64,000 bases of DNA from Macrostomum hystrix. Lineage: Eukaryota > Animalia > Platyhelminthes. The translations under genes were made by a program, and so were the position numbers. The stretch's first letter is position 1; each line of letters starts with the position of its first letter. This document shows, in pieces, positions 1 to 11,263 of the stretch. The notes below the pieces were generated by a model. It was not told where the DNA came from and made no database searches. It saw only the letters and a program-made list of their open reading frames with translations. The stretch lies in assembly GCA_950097015.1 (NCBI GenBank), contig CATNEN010000039.1:18290001-18354000 (forward strand), written 5' to 3'.

Positions 1-29
1 GGGTCAAGGCAGATGTACACACATACACA

Positions 30-330
30 GAGGTTGTGGCCTTCTGGTTAGAGCGTCGGACTCACGACTTGAAGGTTGGGGGTTCGACTCTCAACTCCAC
101 TAAAACAATTTGTGTCCTTTAGCAAGACACTTAACTCTGCATTGCTTCAGTTCACCCAGGTGTTCAATGGGTACCAGCATTAGCTGAGGTAATTGAGGGT
201 GGGTGTGGCGTCCCCCCAGTCCATGGACTGAGCAGCAGTACGCGGTCTTCAGATGCGCCGCCTAATAGCTGCGGCTGTGCTGTTGGCTGGACATCGGGCC
301 CAATCTGCCCAGGTGTGATAAATGATTTTA
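30..330 (+). mobile_element. tRNA-derived SINE, family A (most complete copy)
   Basis: tRNA-like head with A box (TGGCCTTCTGGTTAGAGCG) and B box (GGTTCGACTCT), then GTGTCCTTTAGCAAGACACTTAAC...TCACCCAGGTGTTCAATGGGTACC core; homologous copies at ~5735, ~20140, ~21158(-), ~7377(-). Confidence 0.8.
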
Positions 331-521
331 TCTTAGTAAGTATAAGTTATATTATTATCAATATAAGTTATAGCATAACGTAAATCAAAATGACCAAAAG
401 GCTTTTTAGCCACTCATACGGACTTGAGTTACTTGACTTAGCTGCATGGCGCTCCCATAGAGGGACGCAGCGGGAAGGCGGTGCCGCCCATTCCGCTGGT
501 CCCTGAACGACCGACGCACCG

Positions 522-3153
522 TCAAGGACGAGGAGTTGGCGTCGCCCAGGGAGGTCCCTCGGAGACACTCTCCGCAGCCACGTCGCTCCCTGGAAGAGGG
601 AGTTCAGCTCTGCGGGTGGCCCGAAGGTAGCGCATGAGCTGATTGAAGTTTTCGTGTTTACATGCTTCCTGGATGGAAGTGTGTGGCCCAAGATAGGTAA
701 TTCTGTCCCGCATGAAGGCGCGGAGAAAGTCCTGCCCAGACAGGGTCATAGTGGCCGCTCGGATGTCCTTGCGCGGGAGACGCAGAAGGAGGTTCCGGAG
801 TTGGCGGGAGGGCTGCGGAACAGCCTCTCTAGATTGCCTGCAGGTGTTGCAGTTCGCCCAGAGCGAGTAGTGCTGAGTTTTCACCCACGCTTTGATGCGT
901 GAGTTGATGACAGTTTGGGACCGGAACCAGAGGTTCGGGTCCCCAGGAGGATCCAGCGGCGCCGGCTTTCGCTAGAGCGTCAGCCAGCTCGTTGCCCTGA
1001 AATCCCTCGTGCCCGGGCACCCATTTAAGGGTGACCTTGTTGGTGGAGGCCAATATGTTGAGATGCTTGATACAGTCAAGGACTGTTGCCGAGCCAATGC
1101 AGCGACTGCCCATGGCATAGCGCTGCCTGACTGTCAGAGTGTAAGATGATATCCTTACCTTTCACGCCAGTAGCGAGCAGCTCTCCAGAGCAGGAGCTGA
1201 TGGCAAGGACCTCATTGACGCCAGTGTATTGGGCGTGGGTTGCAACCAGCTGCTCATTGTGAAAGATGCAGACACCGAAACCGGTGTTCTTTGACTGTTT
1301 GGATCCATCTGTGTAGCAATGAAGTTCACTGCGGTTCCAGCTGTCATTGATTTTGTCGCGCGGATCGATGACTACGTCGTAGCCTTGTCTCGCGTTCGGT
1401 CTCAAGGCGATGTTATCTGTGAGGACATAATGGGCATCGCACTTGTTGAGGATCTTGAGGCAAAGATCGCTGTGAGGGATAATTTTCCTCTTAGCGAATG
1501 CTCTCATATACTTGAACTTGACGCCCGCATCAAGCAGACGCCTAGTCGACTTGGCAGCTTCGCCTCTGGTAAAGATGTCCATAGGTGGAAGATCAAAGAA
1601 GGCCGCCATACCAGCAAAGGGTGTTGATCTGGTGGCGTTGCAGATCAGTCGACATGCCCTTCCCTGGACCGTGTTGAGCAGATCAGCATGACTCTTGACC
1701 TGGGTAGCGCTGACCCGATCAAGTTTGCAGGTAATACTCCGGAACTTCTGGATCTTCGCCGCCTCGCGAAGGAGTATTGGGTAGGTGCCATCAGGTCCCG
1801 GAGACTTGAAAGGTTTGAAGGTCCTAACGGCACGAGCAATTAGGTCTTCATTGATGATGCTTGTCGCCAGGATGTCGCCTTCCAGCGAGTGGTTTGGCTC
1901 CATGTTGGCTGTGGGAACCGGTGGGAAGAAACTGCCTAGCATGCGTTGGAGTACTCCCTGCGGTTCTTTGGTGAGAGAGCCATCATCATTCTTGATCACG
2001 GCTAGCTTGGACATCTTGTCCATAGTAAGCGCTTTGACAAGCCTAGAAGTAGGCTTGTCTTTGTCCAATTCATCGCAGAATTGTCTCCACTTACTTTCCT
2101 TGGCCTTGCAGATCTCGCGTTTGAAGTCCCTCGAGGCCGAGCGGAAGCTTTCCATGTCCTCGGGCTTACGGGATTTCATGGCACGACGATGCAGGGTTTT
2201 TGCCCTGTGTCGGAGTTTCCCCAACTCCGGGTTCCACCACGGCGCTGAGGATTTGCCTTTGTAGGCACGGATGGGGCAGGCAGCTTCGTAGGCAGCAGTA
2301 ATGCAGCCTGTAAGCTTTTCCGCCGCGCGGTCCACTTCCTCGCAGTTGATCATAGGAGTTTCCTCCATGAGCTCCTGCAGGTGAGACTCTAGGATAGCTG
2401 TGTAGGCTGTCCAGTCAGTGTTACGGATGTTGCGTCTCCAAGTGATTGGGGATCGCTGGTTAACACCCGCAATGTTCAAAGCTACGAAGCTGTGGTCAGA
2501 CAAGGATGGTTCGTCGAGCCAGACCCTCCACCCCTCGATGCTATTGAATAGCCGGGGGGTGGCCATGGTCGCGACGAGAACCTCATTCCATCTGCCATTG
2601 TTGAATGTTGGAGTGCTGCCGCGGTTGCAGAGCATGAATTCGTGCTGGATAGAAGAGCGAGAAGCTCCTGTCCTCTAGCATTAGTGTTGTTACTGCCCCA
2701 GTGCTTGTGGTGGGCGTTGAGGTCACCACCACGATCAGCTCAGCATTCTGGGCTTTGCAGTACTGCGCCAGCCGCATCAGGCTCTCCGGAGCAGGATCTC
2801 CATCACCCGGGATATAGATCGAGGCGATGAAGCATCTCCGTGCATGGAGATAGTAAGATTGGATGACACAGAGATCTCCATCTTAAAAGGTCGATCCTCA
2901 GCCAAGCCTTGAGGTGGTTGGCAGCGAGGATAACCGCTCGAGAGCGGTTTGTTCCCGGGCCACACACATAAAAATCTGAGTAGCCGTAAGGGATATTTGG
3001 CAACTTACCGTTGCGAAGCCAGGGTTCCTGAAGCAGGATGATACCAGGCTTATACAGCTCCGCGATCTTCATCAAATTTGTTGATGCTGATATAAAGTGC
3101 TGTAGATTAATTTGTAAGCAGTAAGTGGCTCCTTTTGTTGATGGAGCAGTCAT
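522..3153 (-). pseudogene. Frameshifted ORF2 (APE, partial RT, RNase H, C-terminal region) of the LOA-like LINE
   Basis: ORF pieces 3153-2803, 2965-2777, 2777-2583, 2635-1076, 1113-829 and 884-522 join into one ORF2. Confidence 0.8.
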
Positions 3154-3190
3154 ACTGTACTAAATGCAATGGCTTGACCTCCAGGATATC

Positions 3191-4488
3191 TCAAGGGGAC
3201 TTGGTCAAAAGCGCGTCTTCGTCCCATGTGTCCGGAGGTGAACTGGGAGAGGGGAGGTTGTCGACGTCCATCCCCTCTTCGCTCCCCTCAGCGCGACCTT
3301 CAGGCGCCCCGGACCCCGACGTCAGAGTAGAGGAGGTTTCCTCCGCCTCCAAGCCGCCGTCCGAGGCCCCCGTCACCGAAGAGAGCTCCGAGTCCGATGC
3401 TCCCGCTCCTGCTCCAGGGGACGGCCCGCTTGACGTCCGAGGATCAGCCGATGCCGATACCTCGGTTGCCGAGCTGCTGCCCGTTGGTTGGCCAGGTGTG
3501 CCGGTAGCCTTGGGGCCGGCTTTCGCCTGCCCTTTGGACTTTGGCTTTCTCTTGCCACCACTGGAGCTGTCTTGGCTGGCCTCGGCTGTGACCCCGGAAG
3601 GGGCTTCAGAGCCCCCAGCTGGAAAAAGGATCCATCTGGGTATCTCCTGGCCCATGCCTCGGACAAGCCGAGGACAATAGATTGTCCTGCATCCCCCTTT
3701 TGAACTTTCCGGTGATATACCAGTCCGCTCGCCAGGAGGTTGGGGTTTAGGCGCAGAATGACCTTCAGTACCATGTCCCGTCCCACTGCTGTACTCCGTT
3801 CTGGCACAAACACCAGATACGGTTGTTTTGGGGCGCTGGCCTTCGCGCGAATAAACAGGGCGACCAAGGCCAGCATCCCAGGAGATCGTCGGCAAACACT
3901 GAATCAGCCGCCGAGCGTCCTCCTCGCTACTCGGAGCGATGGGAATGAATGTGCCGCGAAGCACCATCCGTTCTATGCCGATGGAGATGCCCTCATCGAC
4001 AGTCAGCTTGATGAGGTAGGAGTCAATAGCCTTCCACACCTCTTGAAGCTGGTTAGCCGACCAGTCCCGGTCATGGCACTGGAGCATCACTCCCGGAATC
4101 TTGGCCTTGGCTTTGGCCGCGTAGGTAGCTCCCGAGGGAGCCGCCTCCGCTTCCTCGGCCATGGGTGCGCTACGGTTTCAGCTGCAGTAGCATCCACAGC
4201 AGCTTCCCCGGAGGGCGGCGCCGCTGAGCCACTGCTGCCTCCGTCCGCCGGCCTGTCGGGCTGCTCAGAGGAGCCGCCAGCTTCAGCACCCTGGATGGGC
4301 GCCGCCGCTTTGGCCCTCTTTGCTGCCCTGTTGGCGCGCTGTTTGGCCCGCTTTTTTGCAAGCCGGGCCTTCTCAGCTTCCTCGGATCTGCCAGACTTGG
4401 CCGGTCCTTTGGCGCCAAGAGTAGCGGGTCCTGGGGTTCGGCTCCGATCGGGTTTGAAAGCAGTGCCGGCCGCCCCTTCCTTCACCAT
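3191..4488 (-). pseudogene. Frameshifted ORF1 of the LOA-like LINE
   Basis: GC-rich overlapping ORFs 4488-4087, 4162-3191 and 3876-3373 directly upstream of the APE ORF. Confidence 0.6.
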
Positions 4489-5334
4489 GGAGTCAGTCAG
4501 TTGGGATCTGCCGGTTGAACCGGCCGCTCCCTCAGACTGAGGTTGGGGTTTTGAAGGATCCCCAAACCTCAGACGGATGAATAGAGCGCTATACTCACTA
4601 ATGTTATCTCTTTGGTATGTTTCTCGTGGTTTTAACTTACTAGAAGAGTTTATTGACCAGTTTCTGATTTATTTTTAATTAATTTGTCTTGAATTGGATT
4701 CCAACTTGCGCGATAGTCGTAATAATAAAAAATTCTAACACATTTCAGCTGGTTAGATATTGTTCGCAAATAATCCCTTAATTCTTTTCTGTGACTTCGC
4801 TTGTTGTTTAGTCAAGGAACTGTCAAGTCAGGGACGGCTGTTTAATTCCAGCCGTTACTGTTTAATTCCCAGTAGTAAAGTACTCAACGATAGCAATGCT
4901 GTCGTATTAGAGTGCTACAGCTACTTTCAGTTGTTTCACAGTTTAATAAGTTTGAGCTTTAACGATGTGCCAATAAATAAATTTTATGCAATTGCTTAGT
5001 ATAGAATCGTATTCACTACTCACTGCAGCGTATATTGTATGCTAACCAACCACCCCTTATCAAAATTTTTTAAACAGTTGTCGCTTTAAAAGATTATGAA
5101 AAATTGATTAAATTAGAAGAATTCTCTGCAGCGTGCAAGTAAGCAATGGAGGAAGTACTGAGAGTTTGAGCTGCGCACCGGCTTTTTCCGGCTGTAACGG
5201 CTTTTCCCACTTGCTGCAGTCTTCCTATCCCCCTGAGGTTGCAAGTTTTAGTTGCTCTGGCCAGCCCTTAGTGACCTTTTGATACTGCACATTCACGGGA
5301 ATATGAGTTCACTTGTGTTGCTGTTAAGTCAGTA

Positions 5335-5440
5335 GTATAGCTGTAGCTATACTACTGTACTACTATACCAGCTATACTACTAGCTATAGCTAGTACTACT
5401 AGCTGTAGTACTACTAGCTAGTAGCTATACTACTATACCA
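5335..5440. repeat. Low-complexity TAC/TAG/CTA repeat
   Basis: tagctatactactagct-type repetition. Confidence 0.6.
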
Positions 5441-5734
5441 CATTACGAAAGCTGTAGTTGATTGTTATTAGCAGATTTTATTTGTAGATTGTTAACGGTT
5501 GAACGGCTCGTGAGAGCATAGTGCATTAGTCTCTTGAATCAATTTAGAGGTTTTGAACTTAGACATTGCTGTACTGGGCTAAAGAAAGCATTCTAGAATA
5601 TTCTAGAAGGGTGTTGCTAACTTTAGAAGCGTGCGCATCAACTGGGGAAGGGAAAAGCTAGGCTAACAAGGGCGGTTTTATGGAGGTTCAGTCTGAACCC
5701 GACAACTTGAGTGTAAGAGGGGTTGGACTGTTGG

Positions 5735-5975
5735 ACTCACGAGGGTTCGACTCTCAACTCGACTGGAACAATTTGTGTCCTTTAGCATGATACTTAACTC
5801 TGGATTGCCTTAGTTCACCCAGCTGTTAAATGGGTGCCAGCTTTAGCTGGGGTAATTGAGGGTGGTTGTGGCCCAGTCCATGGACTGAACAGCTGTACAC
5901 AGCCTTCAGATGCGCCGCGCGATTGCTGCGGCTGTGCTGTCGGCTGCGCATCTGACCCAATTGGGGCAGTTGTAA
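5735..5975 (+). mobile_element. SINE family A copy
   Basis: Colinear similarity with 58-320 (ggactcacga..ggttcgactctcaactc..tgtgtccttta..cagtccatggactga..cagatgcgccgc). Confidence 0.8.
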
Positions 5976-6227
5976 TAGAAAATTAATTCCGATGGTCCGA
6001 TACGCGTAATGTAGAATTAAAACGCGTGCATATTCTCGTACTTTTGTGATATGAAGACTGTGAGTAGCTTATTAACAGTAAAAAGCACAGAACTTACCAA
6101 AGTTGAGTTCTGTTCTGCATGGTAAAAAGATCTCGGGGGTATTTCTAATACCCACATTTTTCTTTTTTCTGTACCTCCTTAGTTATTTAACTAATTGCCT
6201 TTGAAAGTTAGTTCGTCGTAAATGTGA

Positions 6228-6934
6228 ACGAAAGGCAGCCCTCGGTCTCCTTCGGGGGAAGCCAAGCTCGGTGATCTGGCTGCTGTTCGACTCCCGAGCC
6301 CTGTTCCAGCGGCTGCAATCCTCGACCAAGTGCCTGGAGGACCACGCCACCGCGCAAGCCAGCGAACACAGGCCCACGGTCATCTGGATCCCAGGGAACG
6401 CTGGCCTTGCGCTGAACGAAGCTGCCGATGAGCTGGCCCGGAGGGGATCCGCCATGCAGCAGGACCCCCAGCTGGTTCCCGGGGCGGCCGCCAGGGCCGC
6501 CCTCCGTCGGCAGGGACGGGCTGCCGAATTGGCCGAGTACAACCGGCTGGTTCCGGCGGACCACCCCCACAGCTAGGCTCTGCGGCGGAGCGTAGCTCAT
6601 CCACCGGCCAGACTGGCCGCGGGCGGCCGAGGTGGCGCTGTATCAGCTTCGGGCGAACCGTGCGCCCTTCCTGCAGGCCACCCGGCATCGCTGGGACCGC
6701 GCCCCAACCGCAGCCTGCCCGCACTGCAATGCCCCCGAAGAGGACACCCGGCACTTCCTGTTCGACTGCCCCAGGTGGGAGGAGGAGCGCCGGCTTCACC
6801 TCCCGGGGGACATCAACGGCTCTATGTATGCAGGACGACCCAGAAGGGGTGCGGACCTTCGTCGAGGCGTCGGGCGCGCTGGCGCGCCCCCCGTATGCCT
6901 AGCGAGGGATCCGAACCAACACGAACACACACAC

Positions 6935-6966
<32 letters not shown>

Positions 6967-6967
6967 T
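6228..6967 (+). mobile_element. 5'-truncated non-LTR retrotransposon 3' end (RNase H, CCHC knuckle, (CA)n tail), I-group-like
   Basis: GC-rich block with DSRAL..WIPGNAGLALNEAADELARRG (RNase H) and CPHCNAPEEDTRHFLFDCPRW (zinc knuckle); stops and frameshifts; ends in (CA)n at ~6925-6967. Confidence 0.8.
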
Positions 6968-7010
6968 GATAGGCGCTTCCATACAGATAGGGCCTCTAAA
7001 CCGAATAGGT

Positions 7011-7307
7011 TGTAGCGTAGAAGACGTCGCAATTTGAACTGTCCGGCTGGCTCCTGCAGTTCAGCGTCGTTGTGACTGCTGCCATCGCTGGCAATAAGTT
7101 CACTTCAAAATAATAAAAAAATTCTGCTTTAGTGAAACCGACATCTTAGGGTGGGAGTCAGCTTATAGTATCCAAGACGCAAATTGTTGTGTCTATGGTA
7201 CCAAGCGTATCCAGAAATATAAATCAGCGCTCTCGTTCACTTATACGTATTAACTTTCGAGAGCTGAACAACCAATTAAGATACTACATTGGTGGCAGCG
7301 GTGGGAT
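7011..7307 (+). mobile_element. Orphan LTR (7011-7288) with tRNA-Leu primer binding site (7290-7307)
   Basis: Ends TGTAG...CTACA, followed by TGGTGGCAGCGGTGGGAT, complementary to the 3' end of eukaryotic tRNA-Leu(AAG/TAG) plus CCA; internal AATAAA. Confidence 0.75.
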
Positions 7308-8449
7308 CTTTGATACTGGGTGAATGGAAGCAATTTGGAGTTACGTTTTCTTTGCTAAATGACACATTTTGTTTCAGTGGAGTCAGAAATCGAACCCCAG
7401 AACTTTAAGTCACGAGTTCGTTGTCATAACAACAAGTCTTCAAAGCCTTGACAGCTATACCATCGGACTGTCTGTCTCGGAGAAAAGCTTTTAGGAACAA
7501 AGCTTAAAAACAAAGCTCTGTATAGTTGTGTTTAGTGTCCATTTCATGATTACATAGGTCGAGTTGACAAAATAGAGGCTTTACATTTTAGGTTTTCACG
7601 TTTTCATGAGATCAACTGTGTGCCTCCAAACTTGGGGGCCATAGACAGAAAAAAAAGAAAAAAGATGCGTTTGTTAAAGAGAGACACAAGACAGTTGCAA
7701 GAGAACAATGAAAGAATGAATTGTGAGCAAAGGAATTTGTCTGTCGACTCTGAGGCCAGAACTCGCGAGTGGGTTGCTATAGAACTGCAGGCAGAACTGT
7801 TGACAATAACGTATTGGCCTGTGAGCCGTCTTACATTTGGTTAAAAGAAAGGGGCCACTTTTTGTTTCAGACAGTGTTTGATATGATCAGAATCCAGGCA
7901 TGCGTTCGGGTAACAACAATAAAGTTTATTACCGATCTTCATAAGCTTGTGCTCAAATTCCTTGGTTAATTTTGATGTAAATCTTCTTCTTTTAATGAAT
8001 TACTAGTAAAGTTTGAAAAAGAAGAAATAGAGAGGCAAGTTGGCAAAGCGATGACTTTTTTATGAGTATATTTTTTATAACTAAATGGTTCCGGGTTAAT
8101 TTCAAATAGAAATAGGGCTACCCGTCACGCACCGTGAGCAGTACTTCTGCCACTCTCCTTTCTTAATAATCGAATGTGAATTCAACAATGATTTTTACTG
8201 GCAACACCTATAGTCCACTAGTGCAGCCAAATTTTATTTATGAGCTATTAATTATCATCATCCTAATATATTTTCACCTAAGAACACATATATTTGTGCT
8301 TGATTTAGTTGTTCTTAAACAGTTTATTTCTAGAAATGAAAATAAGGCTTACTGATTTGTTAAAAATGAGATTTCAGGGCACAGTAAAGTAATGAGAAAG
8401 TGGTCTATAGTTCCACTGTGTCCACCCTGTTGAATCTTCTGAGCAGAGC

Positions 8450-9040
8450 TTAGGTCTGGGGGGTCTTGAACACGATGAAGACCTGCTTGCCAATCTTGAA
8501 GATGAACGAGAATCCGGGCTGGAAGCCGAAGTAGCAGGAGAACTGGCCGTGGGCCACCATCACATGCCATAGAGGGCCGTGGGCATTGTCCAGGGTTGTC
8601 TTGATGCGCTTGGATACGTCCTGAGATCAATAAAAGCAGTACGCGGTTAACTGTGAATCAACGCTGTTTAGTAACAATGCTACCTAGCTGGAAAGCTAAA
8701 ATAAACTTACGCTCAGCTTCAGGTTCTGCTGTGCCAGGGTGTCCTTGACAGCCTTGACAACTTTTAGTTGCCACTGCAGGGGCATGTCGCCGCTAACGTA
8801 ATGCACGTCACGGGGCAGCTCGTTGGTACCGCGCAACTCATCGGGCTTGATGTCCAGCACATCGCAGTAGGTATCGATCGAGATCACACCGGAGTCCTCG
8901 GCGTCGAACACCTGGCGCCACTTGTCAATGTAGACATCGTCGTGGCCCTTGGACTGCAGGTAGCGCACGAAATCGCCGGTCTGGATGGAACCGCGCTGCT
9001 GGGTGTCAATCTCCAGCCAGGCCTCTTTGAATGCCTCCAT
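8450..9040 (-). CDS. Tegument allergen-like (TAL) protein: EF-hand pair plus dynein light chain domain; exons 9040-8711, 8620-8450
   Basis: EF-hand-like loops IDTQQRGSIQTGDF and FDAEDSGVISIDTY; DLC domain DMP..WQ..V..IKTTLDNAHGPLWHV..FIFKIGKQVFIVFKT; GT-AG intron 8710-8621. Confidence 0.85.
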
Positions 9041-11263
9041 TGGTGAGCTCTGAAGCGAGCGAGATAGTAGACAATGAGACAATAAAAGCGTGGTGAAGTA
9101 TCGTCACAGCGCCGCTCGAGCTTTTAAGCGAGTGAAGCTAAGAGCTGCTGGAGTCAAGCGTATTGGCCTGTGAGGGAGCTGGGGATGGCGCTGTTGCTCG
9201 CCATTTGCGCTCGAGTGAGCGCGTGTGATTGTGCTCCTGCAACTCCCGCCGCCTGAGGCTGGAGTAATAACTCAACAAGGGCGGTGAGGAGATCAGGGGG
9301 TAAGAGAAGACAAATAGGAGCGAAGCGTTGTGTGCCAGTGCCTGTGCTCACATCATTCTAAAAACGTGGGCGCGGCAAATTGCTACGTAGTTGTTCGGAC
9401 GCCCAGTGTCTCACAATGGCCGGGCCGCAACCCCCATCGAATACAATGTAGTATTCAAATTGCGAGGCTCGGCCGATGAATACAGCTACGTAGAGCGACT
9501 CGGGTACAATGCATTATATAGGAAGCGAGGGGTCAGTTAAGGCAGTGCAGGCATAGCTGAGCTGTGTCTAGACAATGCCCTGACAACTCCACACTCTCGT
9601 GGAAAAGCTGCGGCCGACGGGAGTTGCCCGAGGCCCTCTCTCCTGCCAGTGTCTAAATGGTGCGCTTTCAACGCTAACTTACAAAGCGTAGTTTGAACAA
9701 TGGCTGTGTATCCATTTACCTTGCGCAGCCTCTATAGCTAAGCTGTCTGTTTATTGCTTAATTCTATAGCTACTAATTTACATACCGAATCACTTTGAGT
9801 TTTGAGTTCGCAATACTTGGCAGTTGTATAGCTAGACATGCCGCAGGCGAAAATTTTCTGGCGCAGGTTTGTCTAAAAAATATACTTTTGACCGCTTGCT
9901 TATCTCATAGGTTAATCTATTACTCTAAAGCTTTTTTCCAGCTTCGTTAGAAAACTACAATTTACGCGATAGAAATTCTAGACATCAGGCAATTTTATAA
10001 GACAGTTTTTGCATAAAAATTATTCTCACAACTATATAGCTTCTTTAATGCAGCTTTTTCGCTTACACAGTTTGCTTCCAGTTGGATTTGTTTTTCGTCA
10101 TCCAAGGTCGCTTTCCTACTTTTATATGCGATTCTTTCACTATGAAGAAATTAACTTTGAAAAGAGCTTTGGTAAACTGCAGGAATGCTCAAAAGCGAGA
10201 TTGCAACTATTGCAGCTACTATATATAACTGTGTAGTACTGCACTTATCTGCAATACAAATCCCCTACATGAAAGACATTTTCAACATTTTAGCGAATTA
10301 GGTGAAGTTGGTTCAAGAATTTTTATTGAAAGCAGCGTGTACAACATACAATAAGAGTATATATAAACTGTAGATAATAAAACAGGTTTCCCGAGCAACA
10401 TTTTTACGTTGCCCATGGGTCTCCCGTACGTAACTACATCACCAATTTTCAACATGCATTTTAGTTCCCTTTTTACTTTACTAGTGATTGATAATACTGT
10501 GCTTTATAGGAAGTATATGCTAAACGAGAATTTCAGCATGTCTTAGTTAGCTTTTTGGGACCTAGAAAAAATAGGTTCCATAGAATACGAAACAGATTCG
10601 TATAAGAGAACGCGTACAAAAACCAAGACGAAAGAAAATTTAATTTATAGGATATTGCAAGAAAAATAATTAAAGAAATAAATAAAATGGTTTTGGAAAT
10701 GTAATTAATAATATTGTGTATAGATTTTTGAATTACAAATTCAGATTTGTTTGTGTTGAAAAAATTTAAACCACTTTTCGTGCGTGTCTCGCAGCGTCTC
10801 AAAATTTTCCGCTTTCCGTTACACCTTTACCATCTGAATTAGAAATAATTAATTCTAATAATTAGAATTATTACTTATTCTCAGCAACACTTGGTGGTGT
10901 AATTCAAATTGTAATAGCAAATAATAGTTACATAAGCTAGTAAAATCCGAAGCACTATTCTTTATGTTAAATCTGTTTTTCTTTACTAGTTTACATGCCA
11001 TGACTACATTTTGGTATTTCTCCATACAATAGGCCTGCAATGTCAATTTTTTATAATGTAATTTATCAATTGGGTAGTTAGTTAGTGTTAGTGATAACAC
11101 TGATAATTGTAACTAGCTAGGTATAATAATAACTGATTTCACAGTTTGCAATACAGTATAAATTTAAAGTGACTTTTATTAATAACTAATTTTCTAATTT
11201 TCATAAACATCTTTAATTTGTCTCTTCAAGGCTTATACTTATAGAAAACCTAGTCACTGAACA

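Larger units (their letters stand above)
370..4575 (-). mobile_element. Decayed non-LTR retrotransposon, LOA-like: ORF1 plus ORF2 (APE, internally deleted RT, RNase H)
   Basis: APE start LQINLQH..LLQEPW and SDH motif; SAPWW and FKPFKSPGPDG pre-RT motifs; RNase H YTDGSK..DSQAAL..WVPGHEGFQGNELADALAK; several frameshifts; ends approximate. Confidence 0.85.

Noticed and set aside
30-100. tRNA gene
   Set aside because: The cloverleaf is imperfect, there is no poly-T terminator, and it continues into a repeated SINE body
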